Shown piece by piece: positions 1 to 9,196 of a DNA stretch of 25,112 nt (its first letter is position 1; each line of letters opens with the position of its first letter). The notes under the pieces are model-generated. The model did not search any database. It worked only from the letters and a program-made list of their open reading frames with translations, and had not been told where the DNA came from. The position numbers and the translations under genes were made by a program. Origin of the DNA: a virus (lineage: Duplodnaviria; Heunggongvirae; Uroviricota; Caudoviricetes); IMG/VR virus record IMGVR_UViG_2703718778_000012, one strand, 5' to 3'.

Positions 1-1053
1 TTACGGGGTAATGCCAACCGCTGCCGCCACTTTGTCGCCACTTGGCAGCGTTGCCAGAGGATTGAAACGGAGCGCCGTTTCTAGATGATCCGGTGCCAGA
101 TGTGCGTAACGCATAGTCATTTTTATATCGTGGTGTCCGAGAATTTTTTGTAAGGCCAGAATGTTTCCACCCGACATCATGAAGTGCGCCGCAAACGTAT
201 GGCGCAGAACGTGTGTGAGTTGACCGCGAGGGAGCACGATAGACGTTTTTTCCATCACGGATAAAAATTGAAAATAGCAGTCTGTGAAGAAATTGAACCC
301 ATCAAGCGCCATGATCTCTTCGTAAAGCTCTTTACTGATAGGGATGCTTCTGTTTTTCTTCCCCTTCGTTCTGACAAAGGTAATTCGGTATTTGGTCACC
401 TGTGAGCGGGTAAGATTTACGGCTTCACGCCAGCGTGCGCCTGTGCTTAAGCATATCTTAACTACCAGTGCCAGAATTGGGTCCTGACGTTTGCAATCAG
501 CCAGCAATTCAACAATCTGCTCATGGGTAAGCCATGCCATCTCTTTTTCTGCGATGGTGAATTTTCGCATGTTCTCCAGTGGGTTCGGATACGACCATTC
601 GCCCAGACGGGATAGTTCGCTAAAAACACTACTTAGATAGCTTTGCTCCAGGTTAATGGTGACCGGGCTTGCTCCTTTCTTCCATTTCTCGCTGAAGTAG
701 ATCTCGCCTGTCAGGCGTTTATCTCGATAGTGGGCAAACATTTTAGAGGTGAGATCGGTTGCAAGAGGATTGCCCAGAGCGTCAACCATCAACAGCAATT
801 TGTCATAGACATGCTGCCCAGCTGTCAGAGATTTACCATGTAGTTTGAACCATAGCTCAACCACGTCTTTCAGTGTTCGACGATCCACTGATTCACCCAG
901 CCAGGGCTTTGCTTCGGTTTCTTCCATCGTGTGGCGCTCAAAAGCCAGTGCTTCGCCTTTGGTAGCGAATTGTTTACGCACACGACGCCCACTTCGTCCG
1001 GCGGGGTAACATTCGCAAAGCCATTTCCCTGTGGTTAGTTTTCGTACTGCCAT
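1..1053 (-). CDS. int: Phage tyrosine integrase (P2/186 family)
   Basis: 350-aa ORF; N-terminus MAVRKLTTGKW...RRVRKQF is typical of P2/P4-type integrases; C-terminal catalytic region HVLRHTFAAHF...HHDIKMTMRYAHL carries the R/H-x-x-R/Y tyrosine-recombinase motifs. Stop codon is at 1-3. Confidence 0.9.
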   Translation of the reverse strand: MAVRKLTTGKWLCECYPAGRSGRRVRKQFATKGEALAFERHTMEETEAKPWLGESVDRRTLKDVVELWFKLHGKSLTAGQHVYDKLLLMVDALGNPLATDLTSKMFAHYRDKRLTGEIYFSEKWKKGASPVTINLEQSYLSSVFSELSRLGEWSYPNPLENMRKFTIAEKEMAWLTHEQIVELLADCKRQDPILALVVKICLSTGARWREAVNLTRSQVTKYRITFVRTKGKKNRSIPISKELYEEIMALDGFNFFTDCYFQFLSVMEKTSIVLPRGQLTHVLRHTFAAHFMMSGGNILALQKILGHHDIKMTMRYAHLAPDHLETALRFNPLATLPSGDKVAAAVGITP

Positions 1054-1077
1054 AAAAAGCCCTCATATCAGAGGGCT
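1052..1077 (-). terminator. Hairpin plus T-run on the minus strand immediately upstream of the int start; candidate intrinsic terminator/attenuator
   Basis: Perfect 7-bp stem AGCCCTC(1058-1064) / GAGGGCT(1071-1077) with a 6-nt loop; on the minus strand it is followed by TTTTAT and then the int ATG. The int Shine-Dalgarno candidate GAGGG lies in the stem. Confidence 0.4.
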
Positions 1078-1135
1078 AAATTTAACTGTATATGTAACCA
1101 GTAATCAATGTGTGATTACTATGAAACATACATTG

Positions 1136-2812
1136 CTAAGCAACATGTAGTTCATCGTTGGCGGAAGTGGCTGCTTTGCGCTCCTGCTCAATAGCTAGAG
1201 ACTCTCTATATTCTTTCGCCTCTGCAAACATTGTCCAGTGGGCGTTGATGTTCATGTCTTCAATAACTGATTTGATTTCTTTTAAATTTACGTTAAAAAA
1301 CTCTTTTCGTGAGTTAATTTTATTGACCTGCTTTTCGTTGAAAACTTTATGCAGATGGTTTTCTAATGATGGTGCATCATCACTATAAATCATCGCATGA
1401 ACATCGAACGAAAAAGGAACACTAGCATCTCCGAGTTCACGAACACGATCAAGTGGTTCAAGGCGGCGTGTCATTCCAATTTTATATACATCTTCGCCAA
1501 ATGAACCAATATTACTAATGATATAGACGTGGCCTGATCTGGTTTGTTGAGCCATAGAAATAGCTCGTTGATTTTTAGCTTCAGCTTCTTCATATTTTAA
1601 CTGTAGTTCAGCTATTTTTTGCTCTAAAGCTAAGCGTTGTTCTTCATTTGCAAGCATAAGTTCTTTCGTTGCTTTATTTATAGCTTGCTGAATAGCTTTT
1701 TCTTCTTTTTCAGCTTCTTTTATCGCTTTTTCATATTCTCTACGAGCTCTTTCCTCTTCACGAAGCTGTTCTTTAATCCTTCTTTGCTCTTCTTTTTCTT
1801 CGAGCATAATTTCATTAACTGCTACACCCCATTTTAGCTCGTTGAGTCTTGCCTGAAGATAGATGTCACTTATTTTTGCGGACCTAAAGGCAGAGCCATT
1901 GTAATTTACTAGTTGAAATGCATCTTTTATTTCTTGGGAAAGTTTTCCAAAATTGTTGTGTTTGACTTTTGATAAAATACTGTCAACTCTTCCATTGAAG
2001 GCATCCAAAACAAAGTTTATGGCAGTATTACGCCTGTTTTGCTCAACATAATCACACGAAGCAGCTTTATTAGTTTTTATTAATGATTTGGTTAACTCTC
2101 TGGCTTTTTGTAATTCCTTGCCTGCATCTGTAAATTCATAATTTTCTGCCAGCTCATCAAGTACACTACGGTTAGGGATGATCCATTCATCACCATAACC
2201 TTCAATTTTATTTTTCATTGATTTTGCAACTGCTTCATATTTTTCTGCAAACTCTTTAGCTTCATATGCTGAACCAGCAATCTCCTTTGCTCTTTCTTCT
2301 GCATCAGAAATAATTTTTACTGCATTGTCATTAGCATTTGAGATTAGCACATTTGCTTTATTATTAGCATTATCAAGACGTTCTTTGGCTTTCAGGCGTG
2401 CATCGCGAGCGTCTTTGGTGATTGCTATAGCTTCGCTATTAGCGTTGCTTATTGTCATCTGAGCTTGATAATTTGCTTCGTTTACTGTTTTAGCCGCCTT
2501 AATTTGGGCTTCATCTATTTTTTGCTTGGCTATTGAGTCCGCATTTTTTATCTTATTCTCTGCATCCATTACTGCGCTGTGCAATTCTTCGTATTGCCAC
2601 AATGGTGCTGCTCGCCCTTCAAGCTCTGATAATTCTCGTACGGTCTGTGCTAGTTTTTCTTGATTTTCAATCAGTTGGTTGGAAAGGGCTATGTTGTTAG
2701 CTGTCAGGTTATCTATAGCCGCTTTGTGTTTTTTACTTTGTTTAAATAATATTACAGCTAGAACAGGGGCGAGAAATGCTAATAAGAGTATAACGATGGC
2801 AAATGAATTCAT
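1136..2812 (-). CDS. Membrane-anchored coiled-coil protein with C-terminal GIY-YIG-like (T5orf172/DUF4041-type) nuclease domain
   Basis: 558-aa ORF. N-terminal hydrophobic helix (FAIVILLLAFLAPVLAVILF), about 350 aa of K/E/A-rich heptad-like sequence, then C-terminal GHVYIISNIGSFGEDVYKIGMTRR...E...FFNV, which fits a GIY-x(10-12)-YIG core with following conserved R/E/N. Strongly AT-rich compared with flanking int and cI. AAGGA Shine-Dalgarno 7 nt before the ATG; only 20 nt downstream of the cI stop. Confidence 0.65.
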   Translation of the reverse strand: MNSFAIVILLLAFLAPVLAVILFKQSKKHKAAIDNLTANNIALSNQLIENQEKLAQTVRELSELEGRAAPLWQYEELHSAVMDAENKIKNADSIAKQKIDEAQIKAAKTVNEANYQAQMTISNANSEAIAITKDARDARLKAKERLDNANNKANVLISNANDNAVKIISDAEERAKEIAGSAYEAKEFAEKYEAVAKSMKNKIEGYGDEWIIPNRSVLDELAENYEFTDAGKELQKARELTKSLIKTNKAASCDYVEQNRRNTAINFVLDAFNGRVDSILSKVKHNNFGKLSQEIKDAFQLVNYNGSAFRSAKISDIYLQARLNELKWGVAVNEIMLEEKEEQRRIKEQLREEERARREYEKAIKEAEKEEKAIQQAINKATKELMLANEEQRLALEQKIAELQLKYEEAEAKNQRAISMAQQTRSGHVYIISNIGSFGEDVYKIGMTRRLEPLDRVRELGDASVPFSFDVHAMIYSDDAPSLENHLHKVFNEKQVNKINSRKEFFNVNLKEIKSVIEDMNINAHWTMFAEAKEYRESLAIEQERKAATSANDELHVA

Positions 2813-2832
2813 TTTAAAATCCTTTTACTATA

Positions 2833-3429
2833 TTAATTCGAGACTATTGTACTTCTTATACAAGCAACCACTTCAATATCAGAAAATGCACATTCAAAGC
2901 TATTCTCTGCTGTTGTAATTTTAATCATTCCTTTAGGAAGCCTTGTGATTTTTCGAATGGAATAGGTTCCGTCGATATTGATTAACCAGTTTCCATCAAG
3001 TACTTCAGAAAATTTTTGATCACAAATGTATGTGACGAGTCCATCCTGAACAACAATTGGTGATGAAAGGTTTGCAGGAAGAAATGATGAATCGAAGACA
3101 TATGAACCGTCTTCAATCATTTTGCCTGCGGCAAGGCGAAACTTAACAAGCTCTTCTGTAGCTGCTGTCAGCGAGCTTTGCTTAAGGCCTTGTCCGGTAG
3201 TTAACCATTTGAGGGAGGTTCCTGTTTCAAGAGCACATTGGATTATCCAGTCAGCAGGAAATGTATCCCGCAAATACCTGTTCGCTAGTGTGCTTTTTGA
3301 TACTTCCAAGTGATCAGCTAAAGCCTGTCGTGTCGTAAAGCCATAGGCTTCGACTAATCGCTCAATCGCAGCCTTACCACCTTTATTGGGATTTATTTTG
3401 ATCTCACTTGGGTACTTTGATGTTGACAT
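2833..3429 (-). CDS. cI: CI-type immunity repressor (phage 186 CI-like)
   Basis: 198 aa (186 CI is about 192 aa). N-terminal segment AYGF..RQALADHLEVSKSTLANRYLR......CALETGTSLKWLTTGQG resembles a 186 CI-type DNA-binding domain. Position between int and a divergent apl/cII operon matches P2/186 synteny. Confidence 0.75.
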   Translation of the reverse strand: MSTSKYPSEIKINPNKGGKAAIERLVEAYGFTTRQALADHLEVSKSTLANRYLRDTFPADWIIQCALETGTSLKWLTTGQGLKQSSLTAATEELVKFRLAAGKMIEDGSYVFDSSFLPANLSSPIVVQDGLVTYICDQKFSEVLDGNWLINIDGTYSIRKITRLPKGMIKITTAENSFECAFSDIEVVACIRSTIVSN

Positions 3430-3458
3430 ATCTCTTTTGCGATCCTAGTATCAGTTTT

Positions 3459-3474
3459 GTACCCAATTGGGTAC
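3459..3474. promoter_or_regulatory. Perfect 16-bp palindrome in the cI/apl divergent control region; candidate repressor operator
   Basis: GTACCCAATTGGGTAC is its own reverse complement. The half-site TTGGGTAC recurs at 3408-3415 inside the start of cI. A TTGACA-like hexamer lies nearby at about 3422-3427. Confidence 0.4.
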
Positions 3475-3524
3475 TTGTCACGATTACTACAGGCTCACCA
3501 CAAGCCAATAGGAGATGTTGCATC

Positions 3525-3746
3525 ATGACCCCTAACATTTCAATAACTCTGAATACGCCACACGTCACAATCGAGCGTTATAGCGAACTTACTGGTCTTT
3601 CAATCGACACAATCAACGATATGTTGGCGGATGGTCGCATTCCTCGGCATCGTCTTCGTAAAGACAAGAAAAGAGAAAAGGTAATGATCAACCTTGCTGC
3701 TCTTACCGTTGATGCACTTACTGATTGCAATGTTGTATTCAACTAG
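3525..3746 (+). CDS. apl: Apl/Cox-like excisionase and transcriptional regulator
   Basis: 73-aa basic protein ([36 protein letters not shown]) consistent with a small HTH protein. GGAG lies 10 nt upstream of the ATG. First gene of the rightward early operon, directly before cII, as in 186. The ORF track extends it upstream to 3408, which I discount. Confidence 0.6.
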   Translation: MTPNISITLNTPHVTIERYSELTGLSIDTINDMLADGRIPRHRLRKDKKREKVMINLAALTVDALTDCNVVFN

Positions 3747-3778
3747 TTCCATTTTGGGATACATCAGAGGTGTCGACC

Positions 3779-4288
3779 ATGTTTGATTACCAAGTTTCCA
3801 AACATCCACATTTTGATGAAGCCTGTCGTGCATTCGCACTGCGCCACAATCTGGTGCAACTGGCAGAACGTGCGGGCATGAATGTGCAGATTCTGCGGAA
3901 CAAGCTGAACCCAGCTCAACCTCATTTATTAACCGCACCAGAAATCTGGCTGCTTACCGATCTGACTGAAGATTCAACGTTGGTAGATGGTTTTCTGGCA
4001 CAGATTCATTGTCTGCCATGTGTACCGATTAATGAGGTAGCAAAAGAGAAACTGCCGCATTACGTCATGAGCGCAACTGCAGAGATCGGGCGTGTTGCAG
4101 CAGGTGCGGTATCTGGTGATGTAAAAACTAGTGCCGGTCGTCGTGATGCTATCAGCAGCATTAACTCTGTAACACGACTGATGGCGCTGGCTGCTGTTTC
4201 ATTGCAAGCCCGTTTACAGGCTAATCCTGCGATGGCGAGTGCAGTTGATACCATGACTGGCCTTGGTGCTTCATTCGGTTTGCTGTGA
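3779..4288 (+). CDS. cII: CII-like lysogeny establishment activator (phage 186 CII family)
   Basis: 169 aa from the ATG at 3779 (186 CII is 169 aa). Sequence [20 protein letters not shown]...[16 protein letters not shown]...ASFGLL matches my recollection of 186 CII closely. CAGAGG Shine-Dalgarno upstream. Confidence 0.85.
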   Translation: MFDYQVSKHPHFDEACRAFALRHNLVQLAERAGMNVQILRNKLNPAQPHLLTAPEIWLLTDLTEDSTLVDGFLAQIHCLPCVPINEVAKEKLPHYVMSATAEIGRVAAGAVSGDVKTSAGRRDAISSINSVTRLMALAAVSLQARLQANPAMASAVDTMTGLGASFGLL

Positions 4289-4295
4289 GGTGTTT

Positions 4296-4592
4296 ATGCT
4301 GACGAAAGAACCATCATTTGCATCGCTGCTGGTAAAACAAAGCCCGGCAATGCACTACGGTCACGGCTGGATCACGGGTGAGGATGGAAAACGCTGGCAT
4401 CCATGTCATTCACAAGATGAATTGCTGTCTGAATTGACCACGAGGAAACGGAGAAAGTCCAAATGTATGCGGCAGAAAGTGAAGTGGTTTATCAGTTTCG
4501 TTACAGAGGGGAGAGTTATTCAGTACCTGAAGATGATTTGCTCTGTTGCTATCCGTCATTGTCGGGCGATGGCAGTTACTTTTTCACGTTAA
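4296..4592 (+). CDS. Early-operon hypothetical protein (position of 186 fil)
   Basis: ATG at 4296 with GAGG upstream. The N-terminal about 55 aa (MLTKEPSFASLLVKQSPAMHYGHGWITGEDGKRWHPCHSQ...) look protein-like. The 3' third of the frame is W/C/M-rich and overlaps the next ORF, so the true stop is uncertain. Confidence 0.45.
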   Translation: MLTKEPSFASLLVKQSPAMHYGHGWITGEDGKRWHPCHSQDELLSELTTRKRRKSKCMRQKVKWFISFVTEGRVIQYLKMICSVAIRHCRAMAVTFSR

Positions 4593-4687
4593 AGGATGGG
4601 ACGTTTTTACGGGGAGAGCAGGTTAAAGAGACGATACGAAAAAATGTATCTCCTCTTGAGCGTTACCGTAAGAACAAAGAACGATAG
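4463..4687 (+). CDS. Early-operon hypothetical protein
   Basis: 74-aa acidic ORF with AGGAAACGGAG upstream of the ATG; composition is protein-like. Overlaps the 3' part of the preceding frame. Confidence 0.45.
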   Translation: MYAAESEVVYQFRYRGESYSVPEDDLLCCYPSLSGDGSYFFTLKDGTFLRGEQVKETIRKNVSPLERYRKNKER

Positions 4688-4709
4688 CTGCGTTTGGGGG
4701 ATATGAAGT

Positions 4710-5051
4710 ATGGCAATTAATGGCGCTGCAGCAACTGTTCCATTAAGCCCCGGTGAACGCCTGAATGGACTTAATCACATTGCGGAGTTAAGGGCGAAAG
4801 TTTTTGGCCTGAATATTGAGTCAGAGCTTGAGCGGTTTATTAAAGATATGCGTGATCCACGGGATATCAATAATGAACAAAATAAACGGGCACTGGCTGC
4901 CATATTCTTTATGGCAAAAATTCCAGCTGAACGTCATAGCATCAGCATTAATGAGCTGACCACTGACGAAAAGCGGGAGCTGATTAAAGCAATGAATCAT
5001 TTTCGTGCAGTGGTGAGCTTATTTCCCAGACGGCTAACCATGCCGAATTAA
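4710..5051 (+). CDS. Early-operon hypothetical protein
   Basis: 113-aa ORF in the co-directional early operon; GGGGGAT upstream of the ATG. Confidence 0.55.
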   Translation: MAINGAAATVPLSPGERLNGLNHIAELRAKVFGLNIESELERFIKDMRDPRDINNEQNKRALAAIFFMAKIPAERHSISINELTTDEKRELIKAMNHFRAVVSLFPRRLTMPN

Positions 5052-5118
5052 CCAACTAATGAAATTAATGGCGTAAACCCGCCGGGCATCCCTTTATCTA
5101 AATTCAGGAGAATTGATT

Positions 5119-5352
5119 ATGCGTAATATTGAAACCCTCACGACTAAAACCGGACCGGATGACGCAGGGCTTAATATTTTACTGACAGAGGCTCGTCTGG
5201 AAGAACGCCGGGCAAGGGCTGAAGCAATGGCTGCTCGCCTTGATAGCCTGGCGTGTCATATCTCATCCCGCCAGCTAAACCACGTGGAAGCGGCAGAACT
5301 GCTGCGCGTGACTGCTGAAGCAATCCAGAACGAAGCGCAGGAGATCCACTAA
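5119..5352 (+). CDS. Early-operon hypothetical protein
   Basis: 77 aa from the ATG at 5119 with CAGGAG 8 nt upstream. Stop overlaps the next start (TAATG). Confidence 0.55.
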   Translation: MRNIETLTTKTGPDDAGLNILLTEARLEERRARAEAMAARLDSLACHISSRQLNHVEAAELLRVTAEAIQNEAQEIH

Positions 5353-5579
5353 TGGCTGATGCAATGGATCTCGTACAGCAGCGCGTTGAAGAAGAACGCC
5401 AGCGCCATATCCGTGCAGCCCGTGCCAAATCACCGGGCGTGTCACGCGTACTTTGCATTGAATGTGAAGCGCCAATTCCGCCAGCACGACGCCGCGCCAT
5501 TCCGGGAGTGCAGCTTTGCATTACCTGTCAGGAAATCGCAGAACTGAAAGGCAAACATTACAACGGAGGTGCTGTATGA
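5352..5579 (+). CDS. TraR/DksA-family C4 zinc-finger protein
   Basis: 75 aa with CIECEAPIP-x(13)-CITCQE (Cys-x2-Cys ... Cys-x2-Cys) near the C-terminus, the arrangement of TraR-like proteins common in P2-like prophages. This is not the Ogr/B type of finger. Confidence 0.7.
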   Translation: MADAMDLVQQRVEEERQRHIRAARAKSPGVSRVLCIECEAPIPPARRRAIPGVQLCITCQEIAELKGKHYNGGAV

Positions 5580-6433
5580 GCACTATCCTGAAATGGGCGG
5601 GAAATAAAACCGCCATTATGCCAGAACTGAAAAAATACCTTCCTGCTGGCCCGCGACTGGTTGAACCTTTCGCGGGTTCCTGTGCTGTGATGATGGAAAC
5701 GGATTATCCCAGCTATCTGGTTGCGGATATTAATCCTGATTTAATCAACCTCTATAAAAAGGTTGCCGCTGATTGTGAATCGTTTATATCTCGCGCCAGA
5801 GTTTTATTTGAGATCGCAAACAGGGAGGTGGCTTATTACAACATAAGGCAGGAGTTTAACTGCTCAACAGAAATTACTGATTTCATGAAAGCGGTATATT
5901 TCCTGTATCTCAATCGTCACGGTTACCGTGGTTTATGTCGCTATAACAAGAGCGGGCATTTCAACATTCCCTACGGTAATTATAAAAATCCGTATTTCCC
6001 TGAAAAAGAAATTCGCGTATTTGCAGAAAAAGCCCAGCGGGCAACGTTTATCTGCGCCAGCTTTGATGAAACGCTGGCGATGTTGAAGGCGGGGGATGTG
6101 GTGTATTGCGATCCGCCGTATGACGGTACGTTTTCCGGCTATCACACTGACGGTTTCACTGAAGATGACCAGTATCACCTTGCGTCCGTTCTTGAACATC
6201 GGTCATCAGAAGGACATCCGGTCATTGTTTCTAACAGTGATACATCCCTGATCCGTTCGCTGTATCGCAATTTTACTCACCACTATATCAAGGTAAAACG
6301 CAGCATCGGTGTGGCAGCTGGCGAGGGTAAATCAGCAACAGAAATCATTGCTGTTTCCGGGCCGCGCTGCTGGGTGGGATTTGATTATTCGCGTGGCGTG
6401 GATAGTTCTGCCGTGTACGGAGTACGTGCATGA
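5576..6433 (+). CDS. dam: DNA adenine methyltransferase (Dam family, orphan)
   Basis: 285 aa. N-terminal ILKWAGNK...EPFAGSCAV (AdoMet-binding motif I) and CDPPYDG (motif IV, DPPY) are diagnostic of N6-adenine methyltransferases. Start overlaps the upstream stop (ATGA). No restriction partner is adjacent. Confidence 0.85.
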   Translation: MSTILKWAGNKTAIMPELKKYLPAGPRLVEPFAGSCAVMMETDYPSYLVADINPDLINLYKKVAADCESFISRARVLFEIANREVAYYNIRQEFNCSTEITDFMKAVYFLYLNRHGYRGLCRYNKSGHFNIPYGNYKNPYFPEKEIRVFAEKAQRATFICASFDETLAMLKAGDVVYCDPPYDGTFSGYHTDGFTEDDQYHLASVLEHRSSEGHPVIVSNSDTSLIRSLYRNFTHHYIKVKRSIGVAAGEGKSATEIIAVSGPRCWVGFDYSRGVDSSAVYGVRA

Positions 6434-8844
6434 GTCATGCCGATATGAACAACTGCAGCGGCGTTAACGAGGTCGCCGCAGCATTCTCATGGAACAGTCC
6501 GAAAAAGGCTGTTAACCCTTATCTGGACCCGGCGGAAGTTGCGCCGGTTTCTGCGCTTTCAAACCTGATCACTCTGTACGCTGCCGATAACAAGCAGGAA
6601 CAACTGCGCCGCGAGGCACTGAGTGATCAGGTCTGGGAGCGTTATTTCTTTAATGAATCCCGTGATCCTGTCCAACGCGAAATGGAGCAGGATAAGCTCA
6701 TTAGCCGGGCAAAGCTGGCGCATGAGCAGCAGCGTTTTAATCCGGACATGGTCATACTGGCGGACGTTAACGCCCAGCCTTCCCATATCAGCAAGCCGCT
6801 GATGCAACGTATTGAATACTTCAGCAGCCTGGGCAGGCCAAAGGCTTATTCCCGCTATTTGCGTGAGACGATTAAGCCATGTCTGGAACGGCTGGAGCAT
6901 GTACGCGACAGTCAGCTATCCACTTCTTTTCGCTTTATGGCAAGCCATGAAGGGCTGGACGGCCTGCTGATTCTGCCTGAAATGAGTCAGGATCAGGTGA
7001 AACGCCTGTCCACCCTTGTTGCTGCGTATATGAGCATGTGCCTTGATGCAGCTTGTGGCGATTTGTATGCCACCGATGACGTTAAGCCAGAAGAAATCCG
7101 CAAGACATGGGAAAGGGGGGCGGCGGAAACCCTGCGTCTGGATGTCATTCCTCCTGCGTTTGAGCAACTCCGTCGGAAAAGAAACCGCCGTAAACCCGTG
7201 CCCTATGAACTCATTCCGGGTTCGCTGGCGCGTATGTTGTGCGCCGACTGGTGGTATCGGAAATTATGGAAGATGCGTTGCGAATGGCGGGAAGAGCAGT
7301 TGCGCGCTGTCTGCCTGGTCAGCAAAAAAGCATCTCCTTATGTCAGCTATGAAGCCGTGATGCATAAACGTGAGCAGCGCCGTAAGTCGCTGGAGTTTTT
7401 CCGTTCTCATGAACTGGTGAACGAAGACGGCGACACGCTGGACATGGAGGATGTGGTAAACGCCAGCAGCAGCAACCCGGCGCATCGCCGCAATGAGATG
7501 ATGGCCTGTGTTAAAGGTCTGGAGCTTATCGCGGAAATGCGCGGTGACTGCGCCGTTTTCTACACCATCACCTGTCCGTCACGTTTCCATTCCACGCTAA
7601 ATAACGGCAGGCCCAACCCAACCTGGACAAATGCGACGGTAAGACAAAGCAGTGATTATCTGGTCGGCATGTTTGCTGCATTTCGTAAGGCGATGCACAA
7701 AGCCGGATTGCGGTGGTATGGCGTGCGGGTGGCTGAGCCGCATCATGACGGTACAGTTCACTGGCACCTGTTGTGTTTTATGCGCAAAAAAGACCGCCGC
7801 ACCATCACTGCATTACTGCGTAAGTTTGCCATCCGTGAAGACCGCGAGGAGCTGGGCAATAACACTGGGCCGCGCTTTAAGTCTGAGTTGATTAACCCGC
7901 GCAAAGGTACGCCAACAAGCTACATCGCGAAATACATTAGTAAGAACATTGACGGGCGTGGTCTGGCTGGCGAGATCAGCAAGGAAACGGGGAAATCCCT
8001 GCGTGATAATGCTGAATACGTTAATGCCTGGGCGTCTCTGCATCGTGTTCAGCAATTCCGCTTCTTTGGCATTCCGGGGCGTCAGGCTTACCGTGAACTG
8101 CGATTGCTGGCTGGTCAGGCGGCAAGGCAACAGGGGGACAAAAAAGCAGGTGCGCCGGTACTGGATAACCCGCGCCTTGATGCCATTCTGGCTGCTGCTG
8201 ATGCTGGTTGTTTTGCCACCTACATCATGAAGCAGGGTGGCGTACTGGTTCCCCGCAAATATCACCTCATCAGAACTGCTTATGAAATCAACGAAGAGCC
8301 AACCGCCTATGGCGATCACGGCATTCGTATTTATGGCATCTGGTCACCTATTGCAGAGGGCAAGATCTGCACTCATGCCGTGAAGTGGAAAATGGTTCGT
8401 AAGGCCGTTGACGTTCAGGAGGCGGCAGCCGACCAGGGCGCTTGCGCCCCTTGGACTCGTGGCAATAACTGTCCCCTTGCTGAAAATTTGAACCAGCAGG
8501 AGAAAGATAAATCAGCTGATGGGGACACCAGAACGGACATTACCTGCATGGATGACAAGGAGTTGCACGATTATCTGCACAGTATGAGCAAAAAAGATCG
8601 CCGGGAACTGGCAGCAAGGTTACGCCTGGTGAAACCGAAACGGCGTAAAGACTACAAACAGCGAATTACAGACCATCAGCGACAGCAGCTTGTCTATGAA
8701 CTGAAGTCCAGAGGATTTGATGGCAGCGAGAAAGAGGTCGAGTTGCTCCTTCGCGGTGGCAGTATTCCGTCAGGAGCAGGCCTGCGTATCTTCTATCGGA
8801 ACCAGCGTCTGCAGGAGGATGATAAATGGCGGAACATGTATTAA
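6430..8844 (+). CDS. A: Replication initiation protein A (rolling-circle HUH endonuclease, P2 gpA family)
   Basis: 804 aa. HUH motif in VHWHLLCF and candidate catalytic tyrosine in YIAKYISK. Size and position after the early operon match P2/186 gene A. Start overlaps the dam stop. Confidence 0.9.
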   Translation: MSHADMNNCSGVNEVAAAFSWNSPKKAVNPYLDPAEVAPVSALSNLITLYAADNKQEQLRREALSDQVWERYFFNESRDPVQREMEQDKLISRAKLAHEQQRFNPDMVILADVNAQPSHISKPLMQRIEYFSSLGRPKAYSRYLRETIKPCLERLEHVRDSQLSTSFRFMASHEGLDGLLILPEMSQDQVKRLSTLVAAYMSMCLDAACGDLYATDDVKPEEIRKTWERGAAETLRLDVIPPAFEQLRRKRNRRKPVPYELIPGSLARMLCADWWYRKLWKMRCEWREEQLRAVCLVSKKASPYVSYEAVMHKREQRRKSLEFFRSHELVNEDGDTLDMEDVVNASSSNPAHRRNEMMACVKGLELIAEMRGDCAVFYTITCPSRFHSTLNNGRPNPTWTNATVRQSSDYLVGMFAAFRKAMHKAGLRWYGVRVAEPHHDGTVHWHLLCFMRKKDRRTITALLRKFAIREDREELGNNTGPRFKSELINPRKGTPTSYIAKYISKNIDGRGLAGEISKETGKSLRDNAEYVNAWASLHRVQQFRFFGIPGRQAYRELRLLAGQAARQQGDKKAGAPVLDNPRLDAILAAADAGCFATYIMKQGGVLVPRKYHLIRTAYEINEEPTAYGDHGIRIYGIWSPIAEGKICTHAVKWKMVRKAVDVQEAAADQGACAPWTRGNNCPLAENLNQQEKDKSADGDTRTDITCMDDKELHDYLHSMSKKDRRELAARLRLVKPKRRKDYKQRITDHQRQQLVYELKSRGFDGSEKEVELLLRGGSIPSGAGLRIFYRNQRLQEDDKWRNMY

Positions 8845-8912
8845 TTACGCTGATTAACAATTCGTGCTCTTAATAATACCAGGCATATCAGGCTGATGAA
8901 CGTAAAAAAACG

Positions 8913-8954
8913 TTTTACATCAGTAAGATTATTATATACTGTAAATATAAACAG
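8913..8954 (+). promoter_or_regulatory. SOS promoter: TTTACA-N16-TATACT with an overlapping LexA box CTGTAAATATAAACAG
   Basis: CTGT-N8-ACAG at 8939-8954 matches the E. coli LexA consensus CTGTATATATATACAG at 14 of 16 positions and overlaps a sigma70-like -10 element; it lies about 45 nt upstream of the GGAGGA-ATG of the following ORF. Confidence 0.5.
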
Positions 8955-8997
8955 TGGTTATGTATACAGTATTGCTTGTGGTGTCATAGGAGGAAAA

Positions 8998-9186
8998 ATG
9001 CAGGACTATTTTTTGGAGTCTTTGAAGCTCCAGCGCATTGATTTTTTTCTTAAGCTTGTAGCGGCTAGTGAGTGTAGTGATGAAGAGAAGGGGCTGGCTT
9101 TGCAGTGGGTTTCTGAACTAACAGATGAACTCATGGCAAAAATCAGAACCCACGAATACAACCGCTCAATGGATGTCATCAGTTGA
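8998..9186 (+). CDS. Small SOS-induced protein (possible Tum-like antirepressor N-terminal part)
   Basis: 62 aa from the ATG at 8998, preceded by a strong GGAGGA Shine-Dalgarno. The ORF track's upstream extension to 8896 would read through the LexA box, so I discount it. Confidence 0.5.
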   Translation: MQDYFLESLKLQRIDFFLKLVAASECSDEEKGLALQWVSELTDELMAKIRTHEYNRSMDVIS

Positions 9187-9196
9187 GGTGACTTTT

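Noticed and set aside
643-843. 66-aa plus-strand ORF inside the integrase gene
   Set aside because: Fully internal and antisense to int, with no ribosome-binding site; int is well supported.
5352-5579. Considered the 75-aa zinc-finger protein as the Ogr/B late activator
   Set aside because: The finger arrangement and flanking sequence fit the TraR/DksA family rather than Ogr/B, and the position is within the early operon; the late activator is presumably outside the window.
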